NCBI RefSeq assembly: GCF_036321535.1
Contig: NC_087438.1
Location: forward strand, 13,270,001 to 13,334,000
Length of the DNA: 64,000 nucleotides
Direction: 5' to 3'
Origin: Camelus dromedarius
Lineage: Eukaryota
Under the pieces are notes generated by a model that saw only the letters and a program-made list of their open reading frames with translations, did not search any database and was not told the DNA's origin. A program made the translations under genes and the position numbers. Below are positions 1 to 13,610 of the stretch, one piece after another. Position 1 is the first letter of the stretch; every line of letters starts with the position of its first letter.

Positions 1-654
1 ATAACACTAAAATTTGATGGAGAAAATGGGGCAGTGTAAATGAGTTTTCATTTTTATAAATATCACCTAAACATTTCTGAAACACTCAGGGAATATGGCC
101 TTTCTAGTCAATTTACAACTTTAGAATCAACAGTGAGTGTTTAAATATTAAGATATACTTAAAAAGATTTTGCAAGTCTGTTAGGTCATCCATGGTTAAC
201 AAAATTAAAAAAAAATAGAAATCCAAATGTTCAATTTTTATAGTATTTCAGTTTTCAAAACTGGTTCACTGTCCTTACCTTATTTAATTTCCCCAAACTT
301 AAAAAAATTAATATCAGAACTGAATCTATTCTTTTTTTGGTGGCTTATTTTAATCATCCAGCTTGTCAACGGAGAAGCCATGAGGACAAGAACACAGCTC
401 AGAATGTGCAATAAATAATATGATTTACTCTTGGACAAATAATATCATATTGAACTTTCCTTTGAGATCTCAAAATATTTTCCCAAGCATACTCAGTTCT
501 ACAATTCTTTTAGCTCCTATACAGACTAGCCAATTTATCTCTAAATCTCACCTCTGTATCTTTTTCCTGTGGAACTCATTCCTCTTTTATTGGTCATTGA
601 GCAACCTTGTATGATCATTGTTAACTTACATATCTGCTGATTCTTTGAAACAAG

Positions 655-800
655 AGTATGTCTGTTAAGTCCATCTGATCTAACATGTCATTTAAGGCAA
701 TCTTTCCTTATTGATTTTCTGTCAGGTTGATCTGTCCATTGACGAAAGTGGATATTAAAGTCCCCTACTATTATTGTATTGCTGCTTATGTCTCCTGTTA
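655..800 (-). mobile_element. LINE-1 ORF2 (endonuclease region) fragment
   Basis: Sequence 'ttgattttctgtcaggttgatctgtccattgacgaaagtggatattaaagtcccctactattattgtattgctg' is typical of antisense L1 ORF2 endonuclease region. Confidence 0.8.
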
Positions 801-1029
801 GAGAACTCTGAGGGTGTTTCTTATTCAATTTTATATATTAAATGTAGAGCTTAGTGACTAAGGTATTTAATAAGTAAGTTAAATGACTAAAATAAAAGAT
901 GCAGTGAAATCAAAACATGTTAGAGAATATATCTTTTTCTGAGTAGAGATTTTAGCACCCATAAATTCTGCCCATATTTACATGCCTTATCCATTATTGA
1001 ATTTCTACAGAGTACAGTGGATATGCACA

Positions 1030-1600
1030 TTGAAATTTGGTAACTAATGGTTGGTAGCAGGAGTGGCCTTGCTTGTTGTCATTCCTTTATCTGCAAATGT
1101 GGGCTCTTCAGGGATAGAAGATTTGGTCACTAAGGGTCATGCACCATGGTCAGATGACATAGAAAGGTTCACACTGGACTACAAACTAGTGCAGTCAATT
1201 GGGCACGTTGTCCTCATTGTGTCCAAGGAACCAGGCAAGAGGAGGAGCCCGTCTTGGTCGGGGTAACAGACCCTGATCAGTTGGAGGAGGTATGGCTTCT
1301 GTTATTCATTGAGGGCTGGAAGGAAATGTCTGGGGCCCAGATCAGCCCCTCGGGAGCTTCTTGCTACTCCGTTCACCAATTAGGGCTGTGAATGGACAAG
1401 TGCGGCAAAAGGAGCCCAGGAAAGGTATGTTCGTCAGTAGCTCTGCTCCTTCAGGAAGGAGAGTTTGGATCTTACCACCAAGTAAGCCAGTCGACCCAAC
1501 AGAGGTGCTGGCTGTGGCCGACAGACTTAGACGGGATACTGGGTGATGAGTACCAGTGTGAAACCAAGAACAGCTGCAGCAATGGGAGCTGAATTTGTCC
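1030..1600 (+). mobile_element. Decayed ERVL-class internal sequence, 3' end (ERV3-16A3/HERV16-like)
   Basis: GC-richer block with 'gaccctgatcagttggaggaggtatggcttctgttatt...gtgaatggacaagtgcggc...ccaccaagtaagcc...agaggtgctggctg', resembling the ERVL internal 3' end as recalled; followed by an LTR-like segment. Confidence 0.65.
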
Positions 1601-2160
1601 TATTCATCTCCCTCTTCTATATTTTCATCAAAAGAAAAAGCCCACTAGAACTCTGGAGGAAGTGTTCCTTCAGCACGTTTGTAGAAGCTCGTCTACGTGG
1701 CAATAGGGTGAGACTGTGGTAACCGTGGAGACGCACCGCTCGGGTCTTCGTCAAAGCGGTTCAGTTAACTGACAGCCTCCAGCCTCAGTGTCTTCAGGAT
1801 CTTCCTGAGCTTTGAAAAGAGGTCACACTCTTTTCAGAAACCCTGAGCCATTAAGTGATAATGGGAAGTACACCACAGACAGGCTATTTCTGTCCGATGC
1901 TCTGGACTCATCTGACATTTTCCCTCCAGACCTCCCCACTGGAATGACTGTGTTGGACGTGGGTTGCAGTCCAATATCCTGTCTGCCTAATCTTTCTTAC
2001 TTCACCTTTTCTCATGTGTCAGATATGCATCTTGGTTTGAAGAATTTCCTTGTCCATTTCTCCTTCCTTCTTTTATCACGCATTGAGGTTCTCCCCTAAT
2101 AAACTGTCTGGACTTTTAACTCCATTTTTACATCTGTTTCCCAAAGCATCCAGCTGACAC
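1600..2160 (+). mobile_element. Old ERVL-class LTR (LTR16/LTR41-like)
   Basis: AATAAA at 2098-2103, then 'ctgtctggacttttaactccatttttacatctgtttcccaaagcatccagctgacac', a typical ERVL LTR 3' end. The 5' boundary is approximate. Confidence 0.5.
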
Positions 2161-2241
2161 ATACATTTCACCAAAATTATAACTCATAGGGAATAAAGTT
2201 CTTAAGCTTTCACTTAATATACTGTGAAAATGTTGCTGTTG

Positions 2242-2634
2242 TGTATTTTGGACTGAATGTCTGTATCCCTCAAATGTGCATCTGTTGAAGCCTCTGCCTC
2301 CAGTGTGATAGTATTTGGAGATGGGGCCTTTGAAAGCACTTAGGGTTAAATGAGGTCATGAGGTTAGGGCCCTGGTATCATGAAATTAGTGTCTTTATGA
2401 GAGGAAATATCTCTCTATAAGAAAGCTGTCATGTGAAGAAGAGATCTTGTGATCACAGAGCAAACTGGTACCTGCCTACAGACCAAGAGAAGAGGCTTAA
2501 GAATAAAAGATAACTTGCCAGCACCTTGATCCTCTGCTTCTCAGCCGTCACAAGTGTGAGAAATGACATCCTGCTGGTTAAGACACCCAGTCTATGGTAT
2601 GGTATTTTGTTATGGCAGCCTGAGCAGAAACACA
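2242..2634 (+). mobile_element. MaLR solo LTR (MLT1A/B-like)
   Basis: 'ggactgaatgtctgtatccc...gtatttggagatggggcctttg...cccagtctatggtat...tttgttatggcagcctgagcaga' are hallmark MLT1 segments. Confidence 0.85.
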
Positions 2635-5600
2635 GTGTGCATTATGGTTTAGAATTTGTTATATCTATGAATGTATTGTACATTTTCTCCATTATGCAGA
2701 GCTACTTTCTCACAAATCATATGAATTGCAGTTCTCCAATTTACACTAACTCTCTCATCTTTCCCTTCCATCATACAATACAAAACAGGAATGAATTATA
2801 CACATTACACAGAAAAGGCTGTAATATGTGATCTCAAGGATCAGAGCATTTATTAAGAGTGTTGTTAACAGAAATCAGATAAAAGACAGAAAAGAGCTCT
2901 TGTACAAATACACATCAAAGCATATTTCTCAAATGAATACTCTAAAGGCATTTTAGAGGCAGATATGAAAGAGAGTAATTGGAAGAGATACTCTGTTATT
3001 AAACTTCACTCCTTCAAAAATTCTATCTCACATAACACTAATTATGAGAAAGTGTATTGCAAATAATATATACAAATTTAATACTTTACTTTAAAATTGA
3101 ACAGATTTATATTCACTCAGAGTACACAAGCTTTCTCAGTAAAATAATTTTTACAAAATGGAACTTCTAGTAAGGAGGTAAATGAAAGCCACCAAACTTT
3201 CTATTCTGAGTAGAAGAAAATGTTTCATTCTTTCTTTCTTTTCTATTTATTTTTGCAAATTGGGCAAGATTTATAATGGAAGAATATTTTGCACAATGAA
3301 ACAAAACTTATCCAAATGATGTAAAACAAAGTTCTGTGAAGCAAATCAAAGCACCAAACACATTTTTTGTCTATGTCCAAATTGCCCTCCTGCTATGACT
3401 TGGAATTTATAATGGACAAAAACATAATGAACATGTATACATGCAAAAAAAAAAAACACTGCAGGAAATGCTGGAAGAAAGAGGCTTGTTAACCACCTTA
3501 AAAATAGTAGCATTTACTCTGACAATCTTCTACAAAATACCTTTATTTCCATGCTTGTGCGAAAAACAAAATCATCAAAGGAGTCATCATTAAATACATG
3601 GAGAGAAAAACCTTGCAAGATTTGCAATTCTCCTAAGTAGAAATGAAAAGCAAAGTTTGATGATTACTGTGAATATGACATTTTCTGGAGAAACTCCATC
3701 AGAAACTATAATATTATAGAACAATACCAGAATCTTAACCAAGAGGACTGAGCCCTGGTTACAGTTCAGGAGAACTGGTTGTGCTCAGATATAAAGTGAG
3801 ATATTTTATAGGAAAGAGGGCCTGTTGATTGCTCAGCTGAAAGCCATTTAATTGTCTGGCATCTATTACTTGTAGGAGCAAACGAAGAGAGGACAGCATT
3901 TTGAGTAGAGCCAGACCTTATAACATGTCCAGGTGGCCCAGTTCTTGCATCCCTGGTTTAAAGACTCCCATCCAATATATTAAAAATGCAACTTAATCTG
4001 ACTTGGAAAATTGTTTTTTTTTTTTCAGACTGGATGAGAATTTGGCAAGGTTCATATAATAGAATGGTTGCTGTTTCTGCTAGAACTTTCTAAAATGGTA
4101 CTGGGAAAGAAGAAAGGTAAAAAAAGAAAAGATCAAAAAACAAAAACAGTTCCTTTTAATTTTGAAATATTACCAATAAGAAAATTTGGCCAGAAAACAT
4201 TTTAAATAGTTTTTCTAGCATACAGTATGTAACACGAAGCTTCTGACTTATCATAACTAGAGTTTATTAAATGGACACAGGATACCTGTCTGTATTAGCA
4301 AAAAAGGCGGCACAGAAAACAAAATAGCAAATAGATATTTCTCTATAGCATAGCTTTGGGTGGTACTGAAATCTGGTGTTAAGTACTCTTAATTAGATAC
4401 AATATAGCACTATGTTTAGAGTTTAAAAGTAAAGAAGACAGAGAAACATTAGGTAAAGAACATGCCATGAAACACTCATTCTTTAAGACTGATTCTTTTG
4501 TGTCAATGTTTGCTATAGAAAAACAACTTTCTAAATATTGGTAATAAAACCAAAACCTCAACAGATAATGCTCTGTCCTTGTAGAATTTACAGAGTAGTG
4601 AAAAAGTTGCTAAATTAAAATAAAAATAAGAATAAATTGTTAATGGCGACAATGACGAATGGAGCCAGGACGACAGTCAGAACCGAATCCCTGAGGTAGG
4701 ACATGATCATGTTTGACGGGGAAACAAACAAATAAACAAACACACAAAATCTCCCACTGTGAAAAATATTTGGAAACTTCTAGAGGAAGCAATATTGAAT
4801 TGGTTTCTTCACTGTAGGATCTCTTAAAACCATTGCTAGTCTAATACATGTCATAATTCCCCATAAGATGAGAGACATAGGGTCCTGCACTCCTCCAGGA
4901 ATGAACAATTAAATTCTCTGAGCACCTTACAACTCTTAAAAAAGATGTCTTTTTTTCTTAGGAGGAGAATCTTCTCAGTAGCACTCAGCCAGTAATTATC
5001 TCACACCAAAAGTGATGGAAGTCAATGAGCTTCTCATCCAGAGGACACAAAAAGAAGCAGATCACAAAATGTAAGTAAAGTTACATGAGACTGAGTTTAG
5101 AACGTAGAATGCATGGTAGGAAGTGATTAAAAAGGAAAAAAAGATAAAGATTTACTAACTTTGGTCTGATAAGCCCTGGATTAATGTATGTTATATGGGA
5201 AGTAGGACGAATTAATGACAATAGAAAATAGGGGCCAAAGCCTAACTTGTTAGATGATTGGTCCTGGATTCTAGATGGACGACCAGGCAGTGGTCAAGTG
5301 CAAAGTGCCCAGCAGGCAAGGACATTCTGACTTTTCTTCACGTGTCTCTGCTTTGCTCACAATCACCAAAGGAGGAAAAGTCACTTTGTCTCATCAGTGA
5401 GCTCCAGAGAAACAATGAAAACACGCTCAGCCTGGTGCTACCGGCATGCCTTTAAATCTTTCCGCCTGCAGAGAAAACGTTTTGCTTTGTTTTGCTTTTT
5501 CCGTCTGCATCCCTGTGAGATGGTCACATGAGCAGTATTTACTCCTCAAGAAGAGGTCTGTGAATCCCTAGCTTTTTCTATGACCCAGTGAGTAAGCTAT

Positions 5601-6289
5601 TTCTGGATGAAGTAACAGAAAACTCATTGTGCCTGCCTGTTTCAGTGAAAGACTCCAGTCCAGCTTCCATCAACTACACAGCTGACAGTTTTCTCTAACA
5701 TTCTGATTTCTGTGACTCGTCTCTCAAGTTGGTTCTGAATATAAAAGGGGAAGAAAGCGTGTGTTTGTCATCCATGAAATGATGACTCTACAGAAACATC
5801 AGTTCCCAGAACCTGATGATGTTCCGTAGTACCGTAGGGTCAGGAAGGTGTTCTGTCAGGAGCTGTGTGCCTGAACAACTCATATTTGGGAGACAATGCA
5901 TGAATAATGAATGCAATAGCTATTTATTGAACATCTACTAAATGCCTATTAAATGTTGAACAATGGCGCCTCTTTTAGTCTTCATGGTAAACGGAGAGAA
6001 TTTTGGCACCAGAAAATGGATTAGTATTGAAGGTTTCTTATAGTCACCTAGGGAGCAGGGACACCTTGAAGTAGAAAGTAGCAATTTGCACACTCTACCC
6101 GGCTACACTTCCTTCCATTAGGCACACTGTCAGCAGAATCCATATTCACTGTCAAACCTGACTCCTCGAGGGGCTGTAAACATTTTTCATGGTTTCTAAC
6201 TTTGTTCATCTACTTCCTATCACTGAATATAGACAGTTAACCAAGATGAACAAATACTAAAGAAATACTTGAATGTGGTAAAGGACAAA

Positions 6290-7180
6290 AACAAAACCAA
6301 ACAAAACAAAAACACTCCAAGAAGAAAAAAAATCCAGAGAAATAATGAGGAGATATGCAAAACAGAAGCACATTTAAGAGTGATTATAATTCATATGAAC
6401 AAAGAAATTTGAAAGCATATCACATTTATAACTAATGAAAAGTGGTCATGACAAGTAGTCAGAATTCTAGGAATCTAACAAGATAATTTTGAATATTTAA
6501 TCGTGAAACAAATAATCACAGAAAATGTTAGCGGAAGAGCTGTCCCTGATGACTGCAGCAGTGAACTAAAGGCCAAAGTGATGAGGTCAACTTGGAACAT
6601 AACACAAAGGAAAAACGAGGGGCAAGTGGTCTCAAAGAGGGGCGATGGAAAGGTTTCAATGTCTTTTCATACATTCAACAATTATTTATGAGGGTAGTTT
6701 TTATTTTAAATAAGGCAACAAGGTAGGTGTCAAAAAGATAGCAAAGGTGATATTTGGGTAATGTTTTGGGGTGTTGAGAAAGTTAAGAGATATGGTCAAC
6801 AGGCCCCATAAAGAGAGATTTGCCGGTTCAGATGAAACGGCAAAATCAAATTCATAATAAAAATAAGTTTCATTGAGCTGAAGATGTGACTATTCTGCTT
6901 GTAAGAGTCCATCTCATACCAAATAGGACTAATGAGAGAAAGAACACACCCCTCCCCAGTTACACATTAATGATATAAAAAGTAAAAAAAAATTACAGTG
7001 AAAATGATGGAAAGTCTCAAAAGAAAAATGTCAAATTGTTTATAGAGCAGGAGGAATTAGAGTTGCAATAAGATTCTGCAGAATTTATTTCTAGGAGCTG
7101 TATGAGCACTAGAATCTGTAAGAGTGCAAAAAAGTCTCAACATATCTGAATGACTTCTAAGAGTAAAGTGTAACAAAAAA
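6290..7180 (+). mobile_element. Highly decayed L1 ORF1-region-like sequence
   Basis: A-rich sense strand with L1 ORF1-like remnants ('tttcattgagctgaagatgtgac...agagtccatc', 'ggaattagagttgcaataagattctgc'). Confidence 0.35.
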
Positions 7181-7364
7181 TAAAAAAAATTTTTAACATA
7201 AGTTATGTGAGAAGTTTAACAACTATAAACACATCTGAAAATTGTCTGCATATATTTATTCAGAAAAAAAACACAGGAAATAAGGAATGAAAATGTGAAA
7301 TCCAAGGGACAGTGATAATCAAAGGAATTATTAAAAGTTAAGTCTAATTCAAGAGTCAGTCTAG

Positions 7365-7550
7365 ATGGGCAAACATCTAGCTTCATCACTTTTAGTTGGA
7401 TAAGCACTGTATCCTTTAGTGCCTGAGTTTCTGTATCTACAGATGGGAATGATACTGGTCCTTAGCTCTGAGGACTATTATGTGCATTAAGTGAGATAAT
7501 ATTGGAAGGCATTTGTACAGTGGCTGATGAATTGTATGTGTTATGTGTTG
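7365..7550 (+). mobile_element. MIR SINE
   Basis: MIR core 'gtgcctgagtttctgtatctacagatgggaatgatac...gaggactattatgtgcattaagtgagataat'. Confidence 0.7.
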
Positions 7551-7557
7551 TGCCTGT

Positions 7558-7648
7558 TCCTCTTCCCCTCCTCCTCCTCCTACTCCCCCGCCACTTGCTT
7601 CTCTCTCTCTTCTTTCTTTTTTCCTCCTCCTCCTTCTTCTTGCTTCTC
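7558..7648. repeat. Polypyrimidine (CCT/CT/CTT) low-complexity tract
   Basis: Directly visible: 'cctcttcccctcctcctcctcc...ctctctctcttctttc...cctcctcctccttcttct'. Confidence 0.85.
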
Positions 7649-10600
7649 AGGAAGAGTGAGTAAAAATATTGTTTAGAGAATGTTCAACTGTTTTCCTCTA
7701 AGCCACCAATCAAAAATAATTTCTCGCTCCTTGTGGAGGAGCCAGGAAGAGAAATGCTGTAAAGTCAGAAATGTTCACCCAACATTATTCCCTTTGAGGA
7801 AGTCACGTCAGAAAAATTCCATAGGAAAAAATGATCAGAATGAATGTCCTTGGCTAAGAAAGCTCTCTGCTGATGACATAATTGGATGTAACTCAATATT
7901 CCACACTAGTGTGTATGTGTGTGTTTTTAGGAGCACAGGTGTATAATTATGCAAATTTTGCATGGTCTATCTAATACAACTAACCAAATACTGAAATTAA
8001 TAATTGATCTCGTAAAAGTCGACCATGGACCATGTGTAAGAGTGACAACAGCTATCAGTGATCATGTTCTTTCCCTAGTCCTCTTTTAATTCAGAAATAC
8101 TCCTAAAAGAGGACATAAACTGGCCTTTTAGAAACACGACTAAAATATATAGATAAAGAGAGGAGACAGGCTAGAGATGGATAGATACCAGACTTACTAC
8201 TGATAATCCTTTCGCCCTGCCTGTTACATGAGTACATTCTCTGTAGCTTTTTTTTTTTTTAATTCAGTGGAGACGGTCAGTAACTTATGCTAGGTCAGGC
8301 AAGACGATTTCTTTTTATAATCCCTCTATTAAGCCTCCATTTTTACAAATTGAATAGAATTTTTAAAAATAATATTTATGTCATATTTTCTACTTCCAGC
8401 TTACTCTTTTGCCAGGTATTTAGGGTATAATTCTGAATACAAATATAAGGAAGGAAAACTCTCCTATTAATTAAGGCAAAATTGACATCTTACAACATCA
8501 ACTCTGTAGAAGTTACTTTTGATGATATCCAATGGGATTGAACTAAGATAGCTGTTTAAAAGAAAACCTCTGATAATTTTGTGCATGTGACCTGAAAAGT
8601 TGCCTGTGGGGAGCTAGAAAAATTTCCTTAAAGAATGTTTCTGTGTTTTCCAATACTTATGACTCAGCCATAAGTACCCTATGAAATCCCTGTGCCTTTT
8701 GGGATGATCAGTGTAGAAAAATGAAGAATGATTAACTGGTAGTAGCTGAGAAATCTCATAAACATTCATTTCTTTGACTGATTTGGAGGATTCCACTCCA
8801 TAATCATATGTCTTGAGAGAACAGGGTCTCTAGGTTAAGAGAACACGAGCTGGGTACTCAGTGACTAGTCTGTTATATGCACATGTGTCTGCTTGATGCC
8901 TTGATGGCATTTGAGGACAGACTGAATGGAAAACTAATGTAATTTCAGATTAGAAATACATATTATGATGCTGTAAATGCATATTATAAAAACTAAGATT
9001 GAAAATGTTAGATACAATCTTTAATCATCTCAAAGATATTTGGTGTATTTTATAGACCAAAAGGTGTACCCATCTGATAAGGAATCAGAAAAATTATTTT
9101 CTGTTAGATTCACTTTTGAGATACGTGCAAGGTTAATTCTTGCTCTAGTTTGATTTTTTTTTTTTTTCTTTCTCAAACCACACCCAATGAAAAACAGGTC
9201 GGGGAAATCTAGCATATCTAACTGTAGATAGAAGACTCAGAAGACTACATCATTGGGTCAGCATTAGCCTTAGACAGGGTGAGTTGCACAAATACATTCC
9301 TTACATGGGAAGAGACAGGTCTGATGAATTTCAGGCGCAGGTTGTCTACATTCAGAGCTCTCTGCTTACGATTCCAGTCGGGTTCTGCCAGAGCGTGCTT
9401 CAGTAACTAGGTGAGAGCAAGGCAGCTTCTCTCCGTCTGTGTAAGAAAGCAACACTTCTTAACATGATGACTTTTTTTGGAATATGAAAAGTCTATGACA
9501 GATTGTGGGGCCTTGAGATGAACTTTTGTGGAGTTATAGTCATATAGAAGCATACATGACATGTTTCCTGAAAAAGAGTTGGTTTGGGGGAAACAAGCCA
9601 GAAATGCATAGGATTAGGGGCACGCATGGGTAGTAAGTAACTCACATCCTCAACTCAAGACTTGTGTCTACTTGCTTAGGGCGGCGAAGATAATTCCCTC
9701 AGTCCCCAGCCCTACTAACAAAGCCCAGTAGTCGGCTGCTGTTAGTGCAGACAAACAATGAGACTTCCAACCAGACTGTGGAGAATAAAATGTAAGAAAA
9801 TTTGAGAATGTTTCCATGTTTTCCCCCCAATTTGATATCTGGGGAAGTATGATTACTGGTCTCTCTCAGGATGAACTTTCTCATGAGGAAAAATAAAATA
9901 AAAATAAAAATTCAGAATTGTGTGGCTGGAGTGTGCTGTGTAGAGAGTCTTCTTTTATCAGGCAGCTCATGATTTTCACAACAAACTGTGAATTTCAAGA
10001 TGCAGGATGAAATGGCAGATTCTCGAACTGAAACTCCACATTGCAGAACTCAGATAAATATTTGCAAAGGTAATTCTCTAAAGCGTTGTTGTAAAGAATT
10101 TATAGTATCCTTCTTACTTTGTCAGTAGACAGAATTTGAGATGACTAAAACGTGTTTTTATTACAAGGGAATAAACCATATCGGTATTCCTATCATGTTA
10201 TTAAAGCATTCATAACATTTAAAATTCTTCCTTTTCAGAGACACCCAGATGGAAGGAGATTCTTAAAAATTCATTATATGTGATGAATTTTTTATTTTAA
10301 TTTGTATTTCTTTTTCTCTACTGTTAGATTATACATGTAGTAGAATAAATCATACATATATACATTTTATAGCTGTTTATTGAGATACATGTTTTTCTCA
10401 TAACTCACACTTATAAAAGCTCATGTGTGGTAAGCACAATAATAGAATTTAAGATCGTGACTTGCCAATCTACTTTATTTGTGATTAATTTCATAAAATA
10501 TACTGATTTCATCATTACACTATTAAAACAAAGCATCATATTTTTGTATTGATAATTCCTTTTGAAGTTAAACAGATGAAATAGTGACCTGCCACAGATA

Positions 10601-10808
10601 GAGAATTATTGTTTTGGTTGAAGAGCTAAATAGATAGTTATTAGTTTTCTGTCTAACACATGATTGTTCGATTAGGCAGAAGATAACTCATGAATATATA
10701 GAAAATTAGCAATTACTTTTGCATAATCATCACAGCATGGAAAGTGTTGACTAAAGCAATTAATCCATTACATGATACCATTTTAGTATAATTTTCATGT
10801 AATACTGT

Positions 10809-11016
10809 GCAACTGACTTTCCTCATATTACCTCTGGCCTCTGTTTTGATCTTCTCTTAAATAGTCCTAAATAATCAAATTCTCATGTATTATAAAGTTA
10901 TTCATTTGACATTATTTCTCAGAAGTAAAAATTCTCATAAATTAATGCAAATAAATGCATTTGCTGAATCAATGAAATCAATAAATACAAATAGTATTGT
11001 TGTTACATTAATTGTG
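10809..11016 (+). repeat. Local direct duplication, copy 1 (partner at 14761-14954)
   Basis: Colinear shared blocks: 'gcaactgactttcctcat', 'ttattcatttgacattatttctcagaag', 'aaattctc', 'aatagtattgt', 'taattgtg'. Confidence 0.9.
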
Positions 11017-12194
11017 TAATGACTTAATCTTATGGGGAAATGATTGTTTAAAGAATCCTGGGTGTCAATGGTAAAGCAAATCTTACCTCTCTCTTCAACA
11101 ATTTTAAAATAAATTTCTTGATCTTATAGTTTTAAAGCTTTTAGGTCTTACTTATTAATTTGCAAATATTAATATGTATATATATGTTTATAGCTGTTGT
11201 GCTCAAATTACCTTCTCACGTGTAAGAAGTTAGGAAAAGTCCATATTTTAAGACTTTTAATGTCTCAAAATTTTTATCTGAAATGATTATTTATTATAAA
11301 TCCACCTTGTAAACATTGAATTATAGAACCAGATGTCTACCTGTTTCTCCTAACAGCACTTATTTGAAAGGCATGCTAATTTTTATAGTCATTGCTATCA
11401 AATTCTGTGGTTTAAAAGCTGTAAAGACATCACCTGAGGAGAGCTTTAAGTGACTGATCTACACTGTCTCCCAGAATAATTAATTCAGAACCTCAGAGGG
11501 TAAAATACAGATATCAGTCATGGGTAAACCCTAGTTAATCTAATACACAAGCAAATCTGAGAGCCAGGGCTGAGAACTGCCTATAAGCATCGTGTGTGTA
11601 TTTGGACACCGTGAGCTGAACGCCACCTGAAAAAGACGACTGCGGCGGTGCTTTCACAGATAGTTTTTCTTCCTTCAACTTAATGATTTTTCTTGGACTT
11701 ACCATTGTTTCCACATTGCAAAAGCCTCTAACTGTATACTACGTTCTGATAGCACTAATCCCCAGAGATGTTGAATTTTCAGCTGTTCTCAATTTTTGCT
11801 GCAGATTGAAATTCTCTAGGGACCTTTGAAAGACTCAGGTACTCAGCTGATTCTGAAGCACTGCAAGGCTGAAAACCTTTCCTTTGATCTATATGCATGC
11901 TGGACTCACACCGGTGCTTTGGCATTTTTTTTAATCCATTCAAAACACTTATTTTACCACTTTATTATGACTGGATTTAATCTTCAAGTTCTTTTTTTTT
12001 GCTAAGAAAAAATTTAATGATTATGTAGTTATCAATTGCATATTCATAATTAAAAAGGAATACAGCTAGATTAAACAGTCTTTGAAAGTTCAGAGTTTTA
12101 AAAAATATTCTTCGTACTTTATGTGGCTTGTAGGTGTTGCTCTACTAAACACGGCAGGTTGCACTGTACAATTTTGAGCCAACTGTTTTGTTTT

Positions 12195-12605
12195 TTAAAC
12201 ATTTTGCAAGTTTTAGGTGTACAACATGCTGATTTGATACGCTTATATTTTGCAAAATGATTATCACCATAGCATTAGCTAATATCTCCAGCATGTCACA
12301 TAATTGTCATTTCTTTTTTGTGGTGGGAACATTTCAGATCCAGTCTCTTAGCAACTTTAAGTTTGTAATACAGTATTGCTGACTGTACTCACAATGCTGT
12401 GCATTCGATCCCCAGAATTTATAATATTTTTAGCTTCAAAGTTTGTACACTTCGACAAACATCTCCCCAAATCATCCACCCGCTCCAGCCCTTGGTAAAC
12501 ACCATTCTACTCTTTGTTTCTATGAGTTCAGCCTTTTTAGACTCCACATATATGTTGTACAGTTTTTGTCTTTCTTTGTCTGACTTACCTCAGTGTAATG
12601 CCCTC
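12195..12605 (-). mobile_element. L1 3' UTR fragment (L1MA9-like)
   Basis: 'ggtgtacaacatgctgatttgatac...gtctcttagcaactttaagtttgtaatacagtattg...accattctactctttgtttctatgagttc' matches the antisense L1MA 3' end. Confidence 0.85.
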
Positions 12606-12786
12606 GTGATCAGCTACTCACTTTTCAATAGAGTTCTACACCTGGGCAAGGGCTTTATGGTTGGAATGCCTACTTGAGATTTAGTATGCTCTGGGCTTTG
12701 CCCTGTAATTGAATATATATTATATATCCTAGAACCACTGGTCTAGACTAATATATATATTAGTTCTCAAAGTGTAATCTCTGGAC

Positions 12787-13475
12787 TGCTGGGAAACAAA
12801 CTGCTGGAAAGCAAGACACTGGAAAAAGGAACAGCTGGAAAACAAGCCGCACCTAAATTTCCATGAGCTTAAAATACTATATGACATTTGCTTGCTTAAA
12901 ATGCACATGCTTGCTTTGTTTTAATGTTTTACACACTAGATGACCTACAGCACGTATTATGCTAAAGAAAATTGGTGGTGAGCAATCCTGAGACTGACCA
13001 TAAGGGCATGAAGGAGGGCAGATATTTCCTTAGGGTGAAACAATGGAGGGTCCTGGAAAGCCAGATCATCCATTAACAGAACTTTGTTCTGGCATGAAAG
13101 CCTGCCCTTAAGCCCAGGGGAGATATTTGCTATCTTGAGATGTCCCGGAGGCAATAACAGGGTAGATTTAGAAATTTTGCATACCCCGAGGAGGGCAAGT
13201 GTTCCTGGAAGGGAAAGGCCTGAAATTAATCAGTTAACCAGCAAGCAGAACTTGATGCTTATCGCATTGAATATCTAAAGCCCCGCCTCTGATCACATTT
13301 TTTTCTGAGCTGTATGCTCCTAATAAATATAATGATCACCAGGCTTTCAGGACTCTCGATCCATGAGATCTTGAGTTCCCTGGTCCCATCTTTGCTCTTT
13401 ACTTTGTCTCTTTGTTTTCTTAAATCTTGTGTCACCTGTCCTCAGACACGGTCCCGAGCTGCGCTGGACACAGCA
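12787..13475 (+). mobile_element. Solo LTR, probably ERV2/ERVK class, 689 bp
   Basis: Starts TGCTG and ends CAGCA (5-bp terminal inverted repeat). Flanks CTGGAC (12781-12786) and CTTGAC (13476-13481) form a 6-bp TSD with one mismatch. AATAAA near 13323. Confidence 0.85.
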
Positions 13476-13481
13476 CTTGAC

Positions 13482-13610
13482 CAATAGGAGTTTGTCACAA
13501 ATGCACATTATGAAGTTCCATTTCAGTACTTTGGGAGTAGGACCAACAGTCTGGGTTTTAGCAGGCTCTTCAGGTATTGCTCAAGGACGATCAAGTTTAA
13601 GAAACACTTA
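13482..13610 (+). mobile_element. MER5A-like hAT MITE, 3' part (5' part at about 12763-12786), split by the LTR
   Basis: 'ttctcaaagtgtaatctctggac' joins to 'ggagtttgtcacaaatgcac...caggctcttcaggtattgct...aagtttaagaaacact', following the MER5A layout. Confidence 0.7.

Noticed and set aside
12747..12764. Perfect 18-bp palindrome ACTAATATATATATTAGT
   Set aside because: Mostly an (AT)n run, which is intrinsically self-complementary, located at a MITE edge.
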